Positions 42,306 to 55,505 of a stretch of 64,000 bases of DNA are shown in pieces; positions within the stretch are counted from its first letter, which is position 1; each line of letters starts with the position of its first letter. The notes beneath the pieces are model-generated. The model searched no databases, had not been told where the DNA came from, and saw only the letters and a program-made list of their open reading frames with translations. A program made the position numbers and the translations under genes. Where the stretch lies: assembly GCA_964016885.1 (NCBI GenBank), contig OZ024743.1, positions 255,378,001-255,442,000 of the forward strand. Direction: 5' to 3'. Source of the stretch: Eledone cirrhosa (taxonomy: Eukaryota).

Positions 42306-42691
42306 TTGTTTTAGAGAACTGGTTAACTACAATGGGCCAGACACTTTATTTTGGAACCTGATTAAGACTAGCATTAAACTAGTAAATAAATATGTTTTTT
42401 GCAGTGAAATATTCTATAAAAATATTACTGTCTCCATTGGTATAATCTCTCCTCCTGACCACCCCACCTGTCCAAGACCAACCAAACAACGTAACGATTT
42501 ACCAGATTCTGTGTGCATAAATCAATATTGGTATTCAGGAACTAATACTTGGTATATATGTGCGTGTATATGTGATTGACTCTAACTCTCTACCATTATA
42601 TATACATATGTAAATATGAAGAGTGTATCTTTAGGAAGCATTACAATGCAAGGAGGGTTGTAAATATATATGTGTATGTATATATGTATGC

Positions 42692-42727
<36 letters not shown>

Positions 42728-42828
42728 ACTCACTAATAGACACACTCAGAGCTATATGGCTGTGTAGTGTACACCCTAGAGATATAAATCACCACAAAAT
42801 GGACATTAATTTTACACATAATGTGTGC

Positions 42829-42867
<39 letters not shown>

Positions 42868-43284
42868 GTATGTGTGTATACAATCTTATTGTTGTTGTTT
42901 TCTTTATTGACTTCAGCATGCAAGAGAGACTTTTCTTTATCTCGTCATCTTGTTTGTTGCAGGTTGTTGAGACATAAATGTATGTGTGTGTGTATGTGTG
43001 TGTGTGTACAAATGTGTGTAGATATATATGTATGTATATATACATATATATATACATACATGGCGTCTCCCCAAAATGTATACACACTTTTATTAGAATT
43101 GATTGAAGTGTGTATACATTTGTTGTAGATGGAACACCCTGTATATACGTACATACATATATATATATAAAGCGTAGACATATCCGAGACCCCCAGTAGA
43201 CAACTGATGTGGACCCCCCCCCCCCCCCCATTCTTGGTTTCTTCGTAGTCCCACTGCATTTTAAAATACCTTAAATAGCAACTA

Positions 43285-43968
43285 CACAGTCATCATCTCA
43301 GCAAGACCTTTGTCAGCCACTCTCCAGCTATCTATTTAAGGCTGTACATGGCTATGGTGCAGCCACACTTAGAATTTGCATCACCAGTCTGGAACCCCTA
43401 TCTTGCTCAGAACATTGACCGCCTGGAAACTGTTCAGAGACGTGTAACCAAGCGAATAACCTGCATCAGGCATCTACAATACTCTGAACGCCTTGCTTCC
43501 CTGGGCATGGATACATTGAAGCTCCGACGTCTGGCAACTGACTTGGTGAACACCCACAAAATTATTAACCATCTTGCCAACAACAACCCTGCGTACCTTT
43601 TTGATTTCCATGTTTCTAACACATGTGGGCATGCTCACAAAGTCAGAAAACAGCACAGCTCCCATGACTTTGGGAAACATTTTTACACGCTCAGAGTTGG
43701 TGAAGCATGGAACAAACTACCTGCATCAGTTGTTAGCTGTCGAGCTGTCGAGACACTTCATCCTTTAAGGCCTCCATGCTTCCCGAGATTCGCCAACACT
43801 ACACCTAATGTTTCCGCTCCATACACATACACACATGTATATCATGACTCATACACTATTCACTTCCCTGACATTTGTATATTATTCTATGTACTATACA
43901 TGCACCTTTGACGAGTTGTAGTGCACCTGAGCACTTTACACAATAATTTCATTATTATCATTATTATT
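43285..43968 (+). mobile_element. 5'-truncated CR1 LINE 3' end with (ATT)n tail
   Basis: VQPHLEFASPVWNPY..LETVQRRVTK..YSERL..LKLRRL..DL..GHAHK..WNKLP. Confidence 0.9.
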
Positions 43969-43980
43969 TCTATTTCCATA

Positions 43981-44172
43981 GGGCGGTGGATTGGCAGTAT
44001 TGGTAGAGTGTCGGATGCCATGCTTTGACGCATAGAGTTACGGCCCTTGCCATTCTGAGTTCAAATCCCGCCGAGGTTAACTTTGCCTTTCATCCTTACG
44101 GGGTTGATAAAATAAAGTACCAGTAATACACTGGGTAATTGCTGGCCTTGTGCCTAACGTAGAAACAATTAT
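43981..44172 (+). mobile_element. Meta-domain-like tRNA SINE, best-preserved copy (others near 30935, 32692, 35115, 54540, 60795, 62390, 63241)
   Basis: A box TGGCAGTATTGG, B box GAGTTCAAATCC, conserved GCCTTTCATCC..GGGGTTGATAAAATAAAGTACCAG. Flanked by an apparent target-site duplication TTATTTCTATTTCCATA. Confidence 0.85.
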
Positions 44173-44713
44173 TTCTATTTCCATATATTTCATCATGTTT
44201 TCGCTGTGACCATTCTTCTCTCCCCTTCTAACTACTTATTTTGCTACTTTCTACTCTCACTCCTCTTTCTTCCACTCCCTTTCTCCCTATCTACTCTTAC
44301 CCTACTTTCTTCCTCTCCCTTTCTCCCTGTCACTTTCACCGCCTCGCCTGACGCTTTAGAAGTTCTTTTCTCACTTACAACTGCAGCGATCAGACGTGTG
44401 TCTTTTTTCTCTCGACCACTCAGTCTTGAACTTAGGCTCGCTTATCGAGTGGTCTTGGCTTTCCTTACCTTAAGTTGCTGGCACATTGCTCGGTTTGTTG
44501 TTTATTCGGTATTGTTTTACTGTTTTCTCTTTTCTTCCCTTTTGCTTTCCTTCCCTCCCTCCTCCGTTTTCCCAGTAACTTATCCAGTTATTGACGCCCT
44601 GGGGTGAGATATCTTGTCTTTAAAGCGTAGAAATATCCGAGACCCCCAGTAGACAACTGATGAGGAAAACTCCCCCGCCCCTTCTTTCTTCGTATTTCCA
44701 TTGCATTTTAAGA

Positions 44714-44758
<45 letters not shown>

Positions 44759-45359
44759 TATACACACAAGAAATTCAGGTTGCCATCCTTTGGTTTCATG
44801 TTTGGTTCTACTATGGCACCTGTACCAAGTGTTTTCTACTGCAGTGCCTTGCTAAGAAAATTATGTAGATGAGAATTTTGCATATATATATATATTAGGT
44901 GTGCATTAGATTCGTGATTTACTAAGGGAGGTACAAAATTCAGCACTATGCTAAGGTAGAGAGTATGTATTGGAAACAAAGTAAGACATCACCTTAAGGT
45001 CTTAAGGTGATTATACACAGTTATGATCGTTTTACAGATGGATGACTCGGGATCTATATAAAGGCTATAGATCAAATCGGGCTGGAGTCGTTTCTAGAGC
45101 AATTACATAGATTCTGATCCACCCATTTGTGATACTATCTTATCTGTGTATAATGAATAAAGACTTTTACAAGACTAGAACTGCTTCATTTATTTGGAAT
45201 CATCACAAATGGACATTTCTGACGATTTCAAGTGAAACAGATTAGTCTTGCAAAAGTCTTTTTTCTATAAAAAATGTACATCTTCTCTACTAATATAATG
45301 AGTACCTCATTTAACTGTGGTTTCATTCTATTCCCCTTCAGAAAACCATTGAGTATGAA

Positions 45360-45716
45360 TCACCATCATCATCGTCATTTTCCCTGCTTGCAAGGGTGGG
45401 ACGGATCCTATTCAGCACAGCATCTCTCCACTCGTCACGGTCCTTCGTTATCTCCTCCTGGAGCTTCAGTGGTCTGAGGTCTGCTCTCATCACCTCCGCT
45501 CATGTTTTTCGAGGTCTTCCTCTACTGCTTCTTCCTTCTACTGGGATTTCTTGGCACTTCTTTACCCAGCAGTCATCCTCCATATGCATCACATACCCAT
45601 ACCATTGCAGTCTTCTCTCCTGCACACTACAACTTAACCCTCTTATACACAGTTTGTCTCTCAACTCATCTATGCTTGGTCGTTCACGCACATTGACATT
45701 GCATATCCAACGGAGT
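45360..45716 (-). mobile_element. RTE 3' fragment (different subfamily)
   Basis: LRWICN..QERRLQWYGYV..RGRPRKT, with (CAT)n tail on plus. Confidence 0.82.
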
Positions 45717-46119
45717 ATATATATATATATATATACCATCATCATCATTGTTTAATGTCCATTGTCCATGCTAGCATGGATTTCATACATGGAACAAAAG
45801 TGTTACCTAAGTTTTCAAGGCCCTGTATGTAAGTGGGGGCAAAATTGTGACCTATCTATTTATATACTCAATCACACACACAAACTTACATATATATATA
45901 TATGTCTGACTTTTGTATGTGTGTATATATATATATATACATACACAAATAAAACACGAACTCACACATATATAATATATCATTAGATATAATGTCTTGG
46001 GGAAATAACGAGGATACATCTTTTAATATTTAATTTTCTCTCTAAATGAATAAATAATTCGTTTTCTTTTATTTTCTTACTTGCAATACATGTGTGTATA
46101 TACCACTGTGTGGGGGTTG

Positions 46120-47290
46120 TTTATCATCATCATCATCATCATCAACGTTTAACGTCCGTGTTCCACGCTTGCATGGGTTTGGACGGGGGTAGTCCCACTT
46201 GAGGCAAGAGTGATTGTCTTGCTCGCATAGGACTGTCTGGCAGGTTTTCTACAGTTGGATGCCCTTCCTAACACCAACCACATTTACAGTGTGGGTCTGG
46301 GAGGTTTTTACCGTGTTGCCTACACGGCCACATTACAGCGTGGACTGTGTGTTTTTTTGTCGTGACACCTACACGATCTCATTTGTTTCGGCCTCGATGG
46401 CGCGGCACCAACATAACTTTACATAGAACGGGGTGGTGTGGATCGGGTGGGGGTGGGGGTGGTGGGACGGGGTGTATTTTGTTAGAGATGCCTACTGGCT
46501 GGAGTAGGTTTTACTATATATTTAGGTAAGGCGGGTCTTCTCTGTTACTGAGTACCGCCAAAGGTCTCGGTCCAGTGACATTGTCTTGGAGAGGTGTAAG
46601 TGTGTGATGTCGGAGTTTATCAGCTCGTCCCAGGTTTTTCTAGGTCTGCCTATTCCGTGACTACCGTCTATCTTTATTGCCCTGCACTTTGTTATACAGC
46701 TATCGACTTTCATGCGCATCACGTGTCCATACCAACGTAGCCTTCTCTCGAGTAAACAACATCTGATCCCTCTTATCTCTAATTTTTTCCTTAGTTCGTT
46801 TATGCTTTGCCGTTCACGTATATTACTGTTACACATCCAGCGGAGCATGCAAGCTTCGTTCCTCTCTAGTCTGCGTATATCCTCTGCACACAATGCCCAG
46901 GTCTCACTGCCATGCAGCATTGCTGTTCGTATGCAGGCATCGTACAACCTGCCTTTCATTTTTAGAGAGAACCCTTTAGCAGCTAATAGTGGTATAAGCT
47001 CTCTGAACTTTTTCCAACCAGTTCTGACTCTAGCTACAGTACTTTCAGAGCACCCTCCCCCACTGCTGATTTTATCGCCCAGGTAACGGAAGCTGTCCAC
47101 TATTTCTATAGAACCCTCTGCGCAATTGAAAGAGCTAGTAGTTTGTGGGCACTTGCTGCTACTTATTGCACCAGAGCACCGGCCACATGTAAAATCTATG
47201 TTCTTAGTTAGCTTACCTGTGATCCCACTACATCTTTTATGCACCCATACTTTGCATTTAGGACATAAAATGGAGTTTCTACCTACGCCT
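46120..47290 (-). mobile_element. 5'-truncated RTE LINE with 3' UTR
   Basis: ORF 46522-47244 including the PHD C-terminal half, FRYLGD and RRLRWYGHV; (GAT)n tail. Confidence 0.92.
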
Positions 47291-48762
47291 TATATATATA
47301 TATATATATATAAGCTTCAACACTCCCTCACTATCACAATGTAGTAGCCACTCTCTTCTCTCTTATGCACCCACCCACCATGCCTACTCTTTTAACACTC
47401 CTAGTATTTATCCTCACTATCACTACACCCCCATCCTCACCTATGCCCCCACCCCCACCACCACCATTCCTTACCTATTTCTCAATATCACTACACCTCC
47501 CTTTCCTGGTTTCCTGGCACTGAGTGTTCTCACCTCCATGAAAAGAAAATGTGGTCAAGAGGACCGTTCAGTCATGCCACCATACAGCAAACTTTCTACA
47601 TGATAGACCTATCCAGTCCATGCTGTAAATGGTTGGTGATAGGAAGGACATCCAGCCATAGAACGCTTGGCAAACAAAGTATTAGATGGACTCTTCAGTT
47701 GAGTCAAAGACATGACGACCTATTCTGTGCTCTCACTAGAACGTGAGACCATATGTAAGCAAGTTGCAGATAACCAGCTTGTCTGGGAGGTTAGTAACCC
47801 TGCTTCAGTACTGACTTGGTCATATATAAGCAAAATGTAGCCACCCAAAATGGAGTTCCTCTGAAGGGTCTTTGGAGTAATGAACTCAATAGAGTGTTTA
47901 GCTTGGAGATCAGAAAGTTGCTGCAGGTAGAGCCATTACTTATCTTAGTTGAGAAATCATAGCTACAATACTATGGGCATACAATTAGAATGTCTCAGGA
48001 AAGAATCACTGGACAGATTTTATGGGCAAAACCAACTGGCAGGAGACCCATGTGTAGAATTTGAGCAAGATGATTGGATAACATCCTTGCTCTACTAGTC
48101 TTGCTTGGGGATCCAGCTGGGCCAGTTGGAAATTGTTGCTTTTGACAGGACCCACTAGGAGGAGTGTTTGCAGACTACCTCCATGATTAACTGGGCAAAA
48201 ATGATGATGATGTAGCCCCTCCCCCAGCTCATCTTAGAAAACAGTATTTCCACTTGAGTACTGACTGTGATGTGAATACCTGTCCTACCTTTTCAGGCAG
48301 AGAAAACTAACATCAAATGGTGATTATGATGATATTTGCATTTCGAGGGAAAATTCTACCTAGGTGCTGACATCACAGACTAAACCCTCTACAACCCATA
48401 ATTAGGCAGTATGGACTGTGTCAGAGCAGGATCTACAATGGAGAAAACTTCTTTTTTAAGACCCTATTCCATGAGTGGCCTAAGAAGCAATTTATTGTCT
48501 TCTGTTGCTGGTTAACCTTTTCAGTGTGATAAATTTAATGAAAGTCACTGCCTCTATTTTCACATCATTTTGAAAATTATCAAGAATTTGGAAGGGTGTA
48601 GTAAAATAACAAATTTTGTCATCATTAAGTTCGTGTTTTAAATATAATTTAACAGATGTTCTTCCATAAATTATGTTGGAAGGACTTTAGATAAATATAA
48701 ACACATAAAAATAAATACATAAAAATATAAACACATAAACATATAAACACATAAAAATAAAT

Positions 48763-49160
48763 ACATAGTAAAACCTACTACAGCCAGTAGGCATCTCTAA
48801 CAAAATACACCCCGTCCCACCACCCCCACCCCATCCACACCACCCCCTTCTATGTAAAGTTATGTTGGTGCCACGCCATCCAGGCCGAAACAAATGAGAT
48901 TGTGTAGGTGTCACGACAAAAAAACACACAGTCCACGCTGTAATGTGGCCGTGTAGGCAACACAGTAAAAACTTCCCAGACCCACACTGTAAATGTGGTT
49001 GGTGTTAGGAAGGGCATCCAACTGTAGAAAACCTGCCACACAGTCCTATGCGAGCAAGACAATCACTCTTGCCTCAAGTGGGAATACCCCCGTCCAAACC
49101 CATGCAAGCGTGGAACACGGACGTTAAACGTTGATGATGATGATGATGATGATGATAAAC
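48763..49160 (+). mobile_element. RTE 3' UTR copy, inverted relative to 46120-46520
   Basis: Near-identical reverse complement (identical short ORF translations at 46214 and 48850). Confidence 0.9.
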
Positions 49161-50495
49161 AAAAGACATATGAAGGCTGAAAAGAAAGGAAATGAGTTTG
49201 CTCTGATGGATGTGTGTTAGTCTGCATGAATGTCATAACATAAATGAACTGAGGGAAAAACTTGGGATAAGAGAAATTGGATATAGTATTCAAGAAAAAG
49301 ACTGCACAGGTAAGGACATGTGATGTATCTGGAAGTTGGTAGCTGCATAAAGAGATGCAGAGAAATCCCAGTGGCTGGAACCCGTGGAAGATTTAGGACA
49401 GGGTATTGATGAGCAACCTTAAGAAACTAAAACCTCACAACTGAGATTATAATGGATGAAGAAGGATGGAACTATGCTTTAATGATGAAGACCTGGTCAC
49501 AAATATACAATGCAATATGACATGACCCATCCATGTGTCCCCACGTGAATTATCATTCCCAGCAATTATCTTCACCACCATTGCACCCACCATTCATGCC
49601 CCCTCCAGACCCACTTCTTACATACTCCATCCTCTAAAGCCCTTAGATACTTTCATTATTGCACCCTACTAGCTATATTCTCTACCCCTTGTGCATACAT
49701 CCACTACCACACCTTACCAATCTCTGCATCACTACCCCCCCCCCCTCTATCCACCACTCACCCTGCATCACTACATCCCCTCTCCCCATACCCTCTCAGA
49801 CATCCATTCCCCTTACTCATTGTCCAGCAGAATCACAACACACAACTATAACTTCATACCTATCTCACCCCCTATCAGCCCCACCCCGAGCAGAGAGGGC
49901 TTTTCAGTTGGGACAATAACCAAATATTTCTCTAGTGATGTTGCTACAAAAAGCAATTGCTACACTCCATGAAGTGATTGGTGACAGGAAGGGCACCCTG
50001 CTGTACAAACAATGCCTAAAAGGGTTGTGAGGACACTTCAGTTGTGTCAGTGACACAACAACCACTCTAGAATTGGTGATCTACATGAGAAATGCACCCA
50101 GAACATGCTGTAAAGTTGTTGTTGAGAGAAAGGGCATCCAGCCGTAGAATTCTTGCCAGACAAAAGAATGGGAGGGCTTTTCAATTGTGTCAAGAACCTA
50201 AAAACTTCCCTAGTGCCAGTGATCTACATGATTAAAGTAACCACACTGTAAAGTGTTTGGTGTTTAGAAAAGAATCCACTTGTAGAAAGCTTCCCAAACA
50301 AAAGGTTGGAAGGACCCTCCAATTGTGTCAAAAACATGACAACCTCTTTAGTGCTGGTACCATGTTAAAATGCATCTGGTAGAATGCGGAACTTTATGTG
50401 AGCAAGATGTGAATCCTTAGCCTGTATGGGAGGTTAGTGAAGACCTATCCAACCCTTGCTTGCAAGGAAAGTGAATGTTAAATGATGATGATGAA
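49160..50495 (+). mobile_element. Old RTE 3' fragment with internally repeated UTR
   Basis: Degenerate LKRKEMSLL*WMC; several AAGGGCATCC-like motifs; ends GTTAAAT(GAT)n. Confidence 0.6.
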
Positions 50496-50518
50496 CATTC
50501 TAACCCTTCATTACCATA

Positions 50519-51401
50519 TCTATACATAATATAAAAGAGAGATATTTGTTGGTTGGTTCCTTTGCACATCACACATAAATAAAAACTGAGAATCAAAAAG
50601 TAAGTACAGCAATGGAATAAGGGTATATCCAGAAAAGTTTATTGATACTAATTTTATAACATCAAAGAAGAAAAACATACCGTGTATACTAACCAACCTG
50701 ACTATTATTTCTAGCAGGTTGGGAGACAACCATAATGGATTCTCTCTGCACGTTCATTGTCATTGATGATCGTGTTTCACGCCCAGCACATTTATATATA
50801 ATTGTTTATATCTATATCTATATATAAATATCTATATCTATATATAATATAAAAGATTGGAACTTCCATCATCCTTTTGAGAAATGTGGACCATCCATGT
50901 CTATGCAGTGTTACATGCTGTACAGTCAGATGGAAGATGAACCATCTCTTTGAGGTCAATATTCTTGGAAACAATCATCAAGGAGAAAAATGCCTTTATT
51001 CCCAACACTCCACTTATTTCTTCCTCTATCGAGCTGCCATTTAAATTCTCAAGACTTCAGTTCCCCATTAGAACCAGTTTTGCTATGACCATAAATAAAG
51101 CTCAGGAGTCTCAATGTTGTAGAATTGAATACAAGAAAATCGGTTTTTACCCATGAACACTTATATGTAGGTTGTTCACGAGTGAGAACACCTAGAAATG
51201 TTCATACTCTAGTAAAACGAAGAATTTTGTGTATTAGAAAGATTTTTTAACTGTTATATTTTTTTTATTTTTGTTACATGCACAGACCATGGTCTCGCTT
51301 CATACTATAAACCAGATAACACATCCAGTACAGTTGTTTCCTTTTCTACCTGTTTTCTCTTATAATCTGTTTACCTGGGTGAAGCTGGGCACATCAGCTA
51401 G
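50519..51401 (+). mobile_element. Non-autonomous Helitron with a helicase C-terminal remnant
   Basis: 5' TCTATACATAATATAAAAG (a second start TCTATATATAATATAAAAG at 50837); LPFKFSRLQFPIRTSFAMTINKAQ; 3' GC-rich hairpin remnant then CTAG; inserted at A|T. Confidence 0.8.
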
Positions 51402-53729
51402 TTTCTAATATAAGACACTGCCTATAACTTTCAAATCATTTAGAAAATAATCACTCCCACCTCTTTCTCTCTCACTTCCACCCCCACTTCTCTTTTCCTC
51501 TCACCACTACTCTGCATGAGTTGTATCTTTTTCTTTCTTTCCTCTCCATTCTACTATTTAAACCTCTACAACCACATCTAACAACATTAGCTGAGATTTG
51601 ACTCTCCTAGTTTCACTCATGCCAGTAGTATATATTTGGAAATGTCTGCAAAATTATGTGGAATTGCTTTACATTGTTTCCAAATTTTTCACAAATTTGT
51701 GTCATAGCACCTGCTGTTTGGTTTCTAAAACATCACAAACCAATTGCTGAAATAAGTGAGAGATAGATACATTCGCTGTATTCCTGCAGTCAAAGAATGT
51801 TACAAGGTAATTTTGATGTGAAGCTGGAAATATATGTCTTTCATAAAGAAAACAAGTTAACTCTTTCATTTTTGTCCTCTCTTTAACATATATGGTAGCA
51901 AAGCATCTGAAACTGCCTATGGTTACATCATTCAAACTGTTTGTTTTAAAATGTTTCTATCTATTCCATCATAATTTCATGTAAAAAGTTTATGTTCCAA
52001 ACATCAGCTTAATATTGAGAAAGTTAGTTATAATTAATAAATCTCTCCTTCATTATTTTAAAAATTATTTGATTATTATATGAAATGCCATTAGTAATAA
52101 AAGTGTTTGAATGTTTATATTTATCTAAAAACATTCCACCATAATTGTATATAAAAGCCTTTGTTAAGTTATGTTTCAAACAACAGCTTAATGAGAAAGT
52201 TGGTAAATTCCGTCTTGATTATTTTCAAAATTATCTGTAAATTATAAGCAGAATCTTTCCTTTCTTTAAAAATATAGCAAAGAAATAGTTAAACAATAGT
52301 AAATTAATTACTGGTGAAACAACAGTTATTTTTTTCTTCACAGCTATACTTCCGTTATTGTTGCTGCTGGACTTGATGTAGTCGTTACTTTTGTCATTGC
52401 TGTTATTATAAGTAGTAGTTGTGGGAATCTATTGGTTGCATGTTAGTCCCTCACTTTGGTCACTAATGACACCAATGTGAGATTCCAACAGTTGATAACA
52501 CACCAACTGAAATGTCAACATTGTCCACAATCTACAATATTTTTCATGATATAGAAGATATTAAAATATGGGTGAAAATTGATGAAACCTTTTTGATTTT
52601 TGTTTTCTCTTTATTTTAACCTATACCCTGTTTCACGTACCATGTGAGGCACAATTTCCCTAAGGTCATACAAAACTGTATATGTTTGTAGTTCAACGGT
52701 CATAAATTACTGTTAGTCTTTCTTACTTCACTCATTTGGACAGTGTTTGGCCTATGTCTGATGCTGTGACCCTGGATGTACCAGTAGTACCGATGGTAGG
52801 GCTCAAAACTGCCTAAGTTCATCTCAATGGCCGATGACATGTCGTTCTGTGTCCTTTGTTTGTATATATGTATTTTTTTTAAATAAAAGGTTCCCTCTTA
52901 TACCTATATATATATATGTAAAAGGTAAACAGAAATAACAACACAATCGGTACATAATATGGAAGGAATATATTAGGTTAACTCTTGAAATAGCAGAAAG
53001 AAGGTCTTAACGTTTGGGACGCTAGTCTTTCATCAGAAGAAAGAAAGAGAAATTAGAAAGATTGAAGGGACAGGCGGGGCGGAATCGGAAAAAATGTTTT
53101 TAGAGAAAAATAACAGGTCCATTCAAGTTGTCATCTCTTGGAAAACTGTTGATGCTGGTTTTTTGTGTATGATATACTTTTTTTTAGAAAAGTGGATGAT
53201 GGAATGCGTCTACCTAAAATGGAAAACAAAACGTTTTGTATATAGAGCTATACTTGTGTGTGTATGCGTGTTCATGTGTGTGTTATCAGACATCATACGA
53301 AGCTAAGAGGGAGCGTGTCTCTAATGGAAATGGAAAAAAAAACGTTTTGTATATAGAACTATATGTGTGTGTGTGCATATGTTTGTGTGTGTGTGTGTTA
53401 TTATACGTACAAAGCTAAGAGGATATGTGTATGTATATATATAGAATGATAAATTCAGGCATTGATATGCTATAAAATAGCTTATAAGATAGGATGAAGA
53501 TCCTTAAAACAGAAAAAAAAAGTTGCCATTAGCCACTATGAGGAATCCGACCTCATAACTCCCTGATACTGATTAAAGCATTTTAAATCATTAAGCCGAG
53601 TGACTGAGAAATCTTACCATCTTAAATTTGATAGCTGAATCACAATTATTAAATGTCAGCAAACATTGTGTATATGTAGCCATAAGTTAATATGAAGAAT
53701 GATGTGCTCATGCATGTAGATGCTATAAG

Positions 53730-54340
53730 ATATATTTCTTTATTTGCCACAAGGGTGCACAAGAAAAGGGGATAATACAAGGACATATGCCGGTGATTTT
53801 ACATACAATCGTGTAAAAAAATTTTTAATAAACAAATTCAACAATCGAAATCCTCAATAGGGGGGAGGTGCTACAAATGGGTTGCTTTATACCCTGTAGA
53901 TAGAACAACCCTCAGCTCCAGGAGCATGTTGTGTAAGTACTCCTTTCATCCTTTTGCTCTTTTCTTCAACCTACAGGTTTATATGCAGAGAAGGCCCAAT
54001 CACTTGGGCCATTTTTGCCACATTCACCCACCTTTCAGTAAATTTACTGGGGTGCAGTACCTCTCTCTCCACTCTGATTCTCCTTCTAAAGTGGTACCTA
54101 AAGAAGGGAATGAGTGTTGTCCGGAGAAAAGGCATCTGTCCTCAGTCCTCTCAATCTTGTCCACCATATAACCTCTTTTACCATAGCCACTATACAGGGG
54201 AAAACCGCCTCTCTTTCATTCTTATAAAATAGGTTGAAGACCCTTAAAAAGGGTAAAAGAAGTTGCTATCAGCTGCTCTCGAAAATCGAATCCCATGTCT
54301 CCCAGATACCAGCTATGTATTATACAGCGGTCCGTGGGTC
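53730..54340 (-). mobile_element. LINE 3' end fragment (L1/Tx1-like, tentative)
   Basis: Terminus CACCCTTGTGGCAAATAAAGAAA matches that of the remnant at 34540-35112. Confidence 0.4.
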
Positions 54341-54879
54341 TGCTTCAGTGCTGACTTGACCTGAGACATCAAGCCTAACTGTAGCTAGCAAAGAAAACAA
54401 ACATTAAATGATGATGATGGTGATACATATATATGTGTATATATATATATACAGGGTGTCCCCCAAAAATATATACATACTTCAACAGCAGATAACTCAA
54501 AGTGTGTATACATTTTGGGGGGACAACCTGTATATATAGGCAGTGTATTGTTAGAGTTATTAGAACTTCGGATAGAATGTGTTGTGGTATTTGTTTCAGC
54601 TCTCTATTCCCTGTGTTCAAATTCTGCTGGGGTCAATTTGCCTTTCATCCAATCGAGATTGATAAAAAGTACCAGTCTAGTAATGGGGTCGACTCTTCCT
54701 CTATAGCTTTTTCTTTTCTCACTTCCATTCTGTCTCTCATTCTCTGGAAGAAATCTCCTGTATTCAGACCCGGAGAGGAGATGGGCTCCATGAGGTTTTT
54801 AAATGTTCTAGAAACACTGTATTTCAATACAGCACCTCTACAACTACTTCAGTAGTTATGGGACCATGCATGCATATAT

Positions 54880-55080
54880 ATATATCATCATCATTAAACA
54901 TCCATCTTCCACGCTAGCATGGATTAGACGGGAGTTGTCTCACTTGAGGCAAGATTGGTCGAGTGACCGTGTCTCGCTCATATAGGACTATCTGCCAGGT
55001 TTTCTATGGCTGGATGCCCTTCCTAACACCAACCACATTTACAGTGTGGACTGGGAGCTTTTTACCGTGTTACCTACGCA
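54880..55080 (-). mobile_element. RTE 3' UTR fragment
   Basis: CATCATCAT..CCACGCTAGCATGG..GCTGGATGCCCTTCCTAACACCAACC. Confidence 0.8.
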
Positions 55081-55088
55081 ACACTATA

Positions 55089-55474
55089 TCTATTATATAA
55101 ATGTATGTCAAATGGGCAAAAATTGTCTGAGTCGTGTCTGATACAGGCAAAAGGGTAGTACCAATGCTCTGATTGTCATGAAAATGTACACATTAATGTA
55201 AAAGGTGCCGAGGAAGCGACAGGTCTACTTGGGGTTCTCTAAATTGAAAAATGTGGTTTTAGGGCCAAAAAACGGTATTTTTCTCTCGATTTTACCTCCC
55301 TATAGTTTCTTAGTTTTACTCTCTCCGTCGCTCTTCTCTCTCTCTCTATAATAGATCATTCCCGCTCGCTATAATTTAACTGCTTTACTCTCTCTGTCGC
55401 TCTTCGACAACACTGCAGAGAGAGACAGTTAGACAGAGAGAGATACAATTAAAGTGTTAGATATTCAGAGAGAA

Positions 55475-55505
<31 letters not shown>

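Noticed and set aside
44655-44690. CTGATGA-GGA-AAAC-TCC hammerhead-like start (related sequence near 43204)
   Set aside because: No following GAAA, stem III or cleavage triplet; at most a truncated relic.
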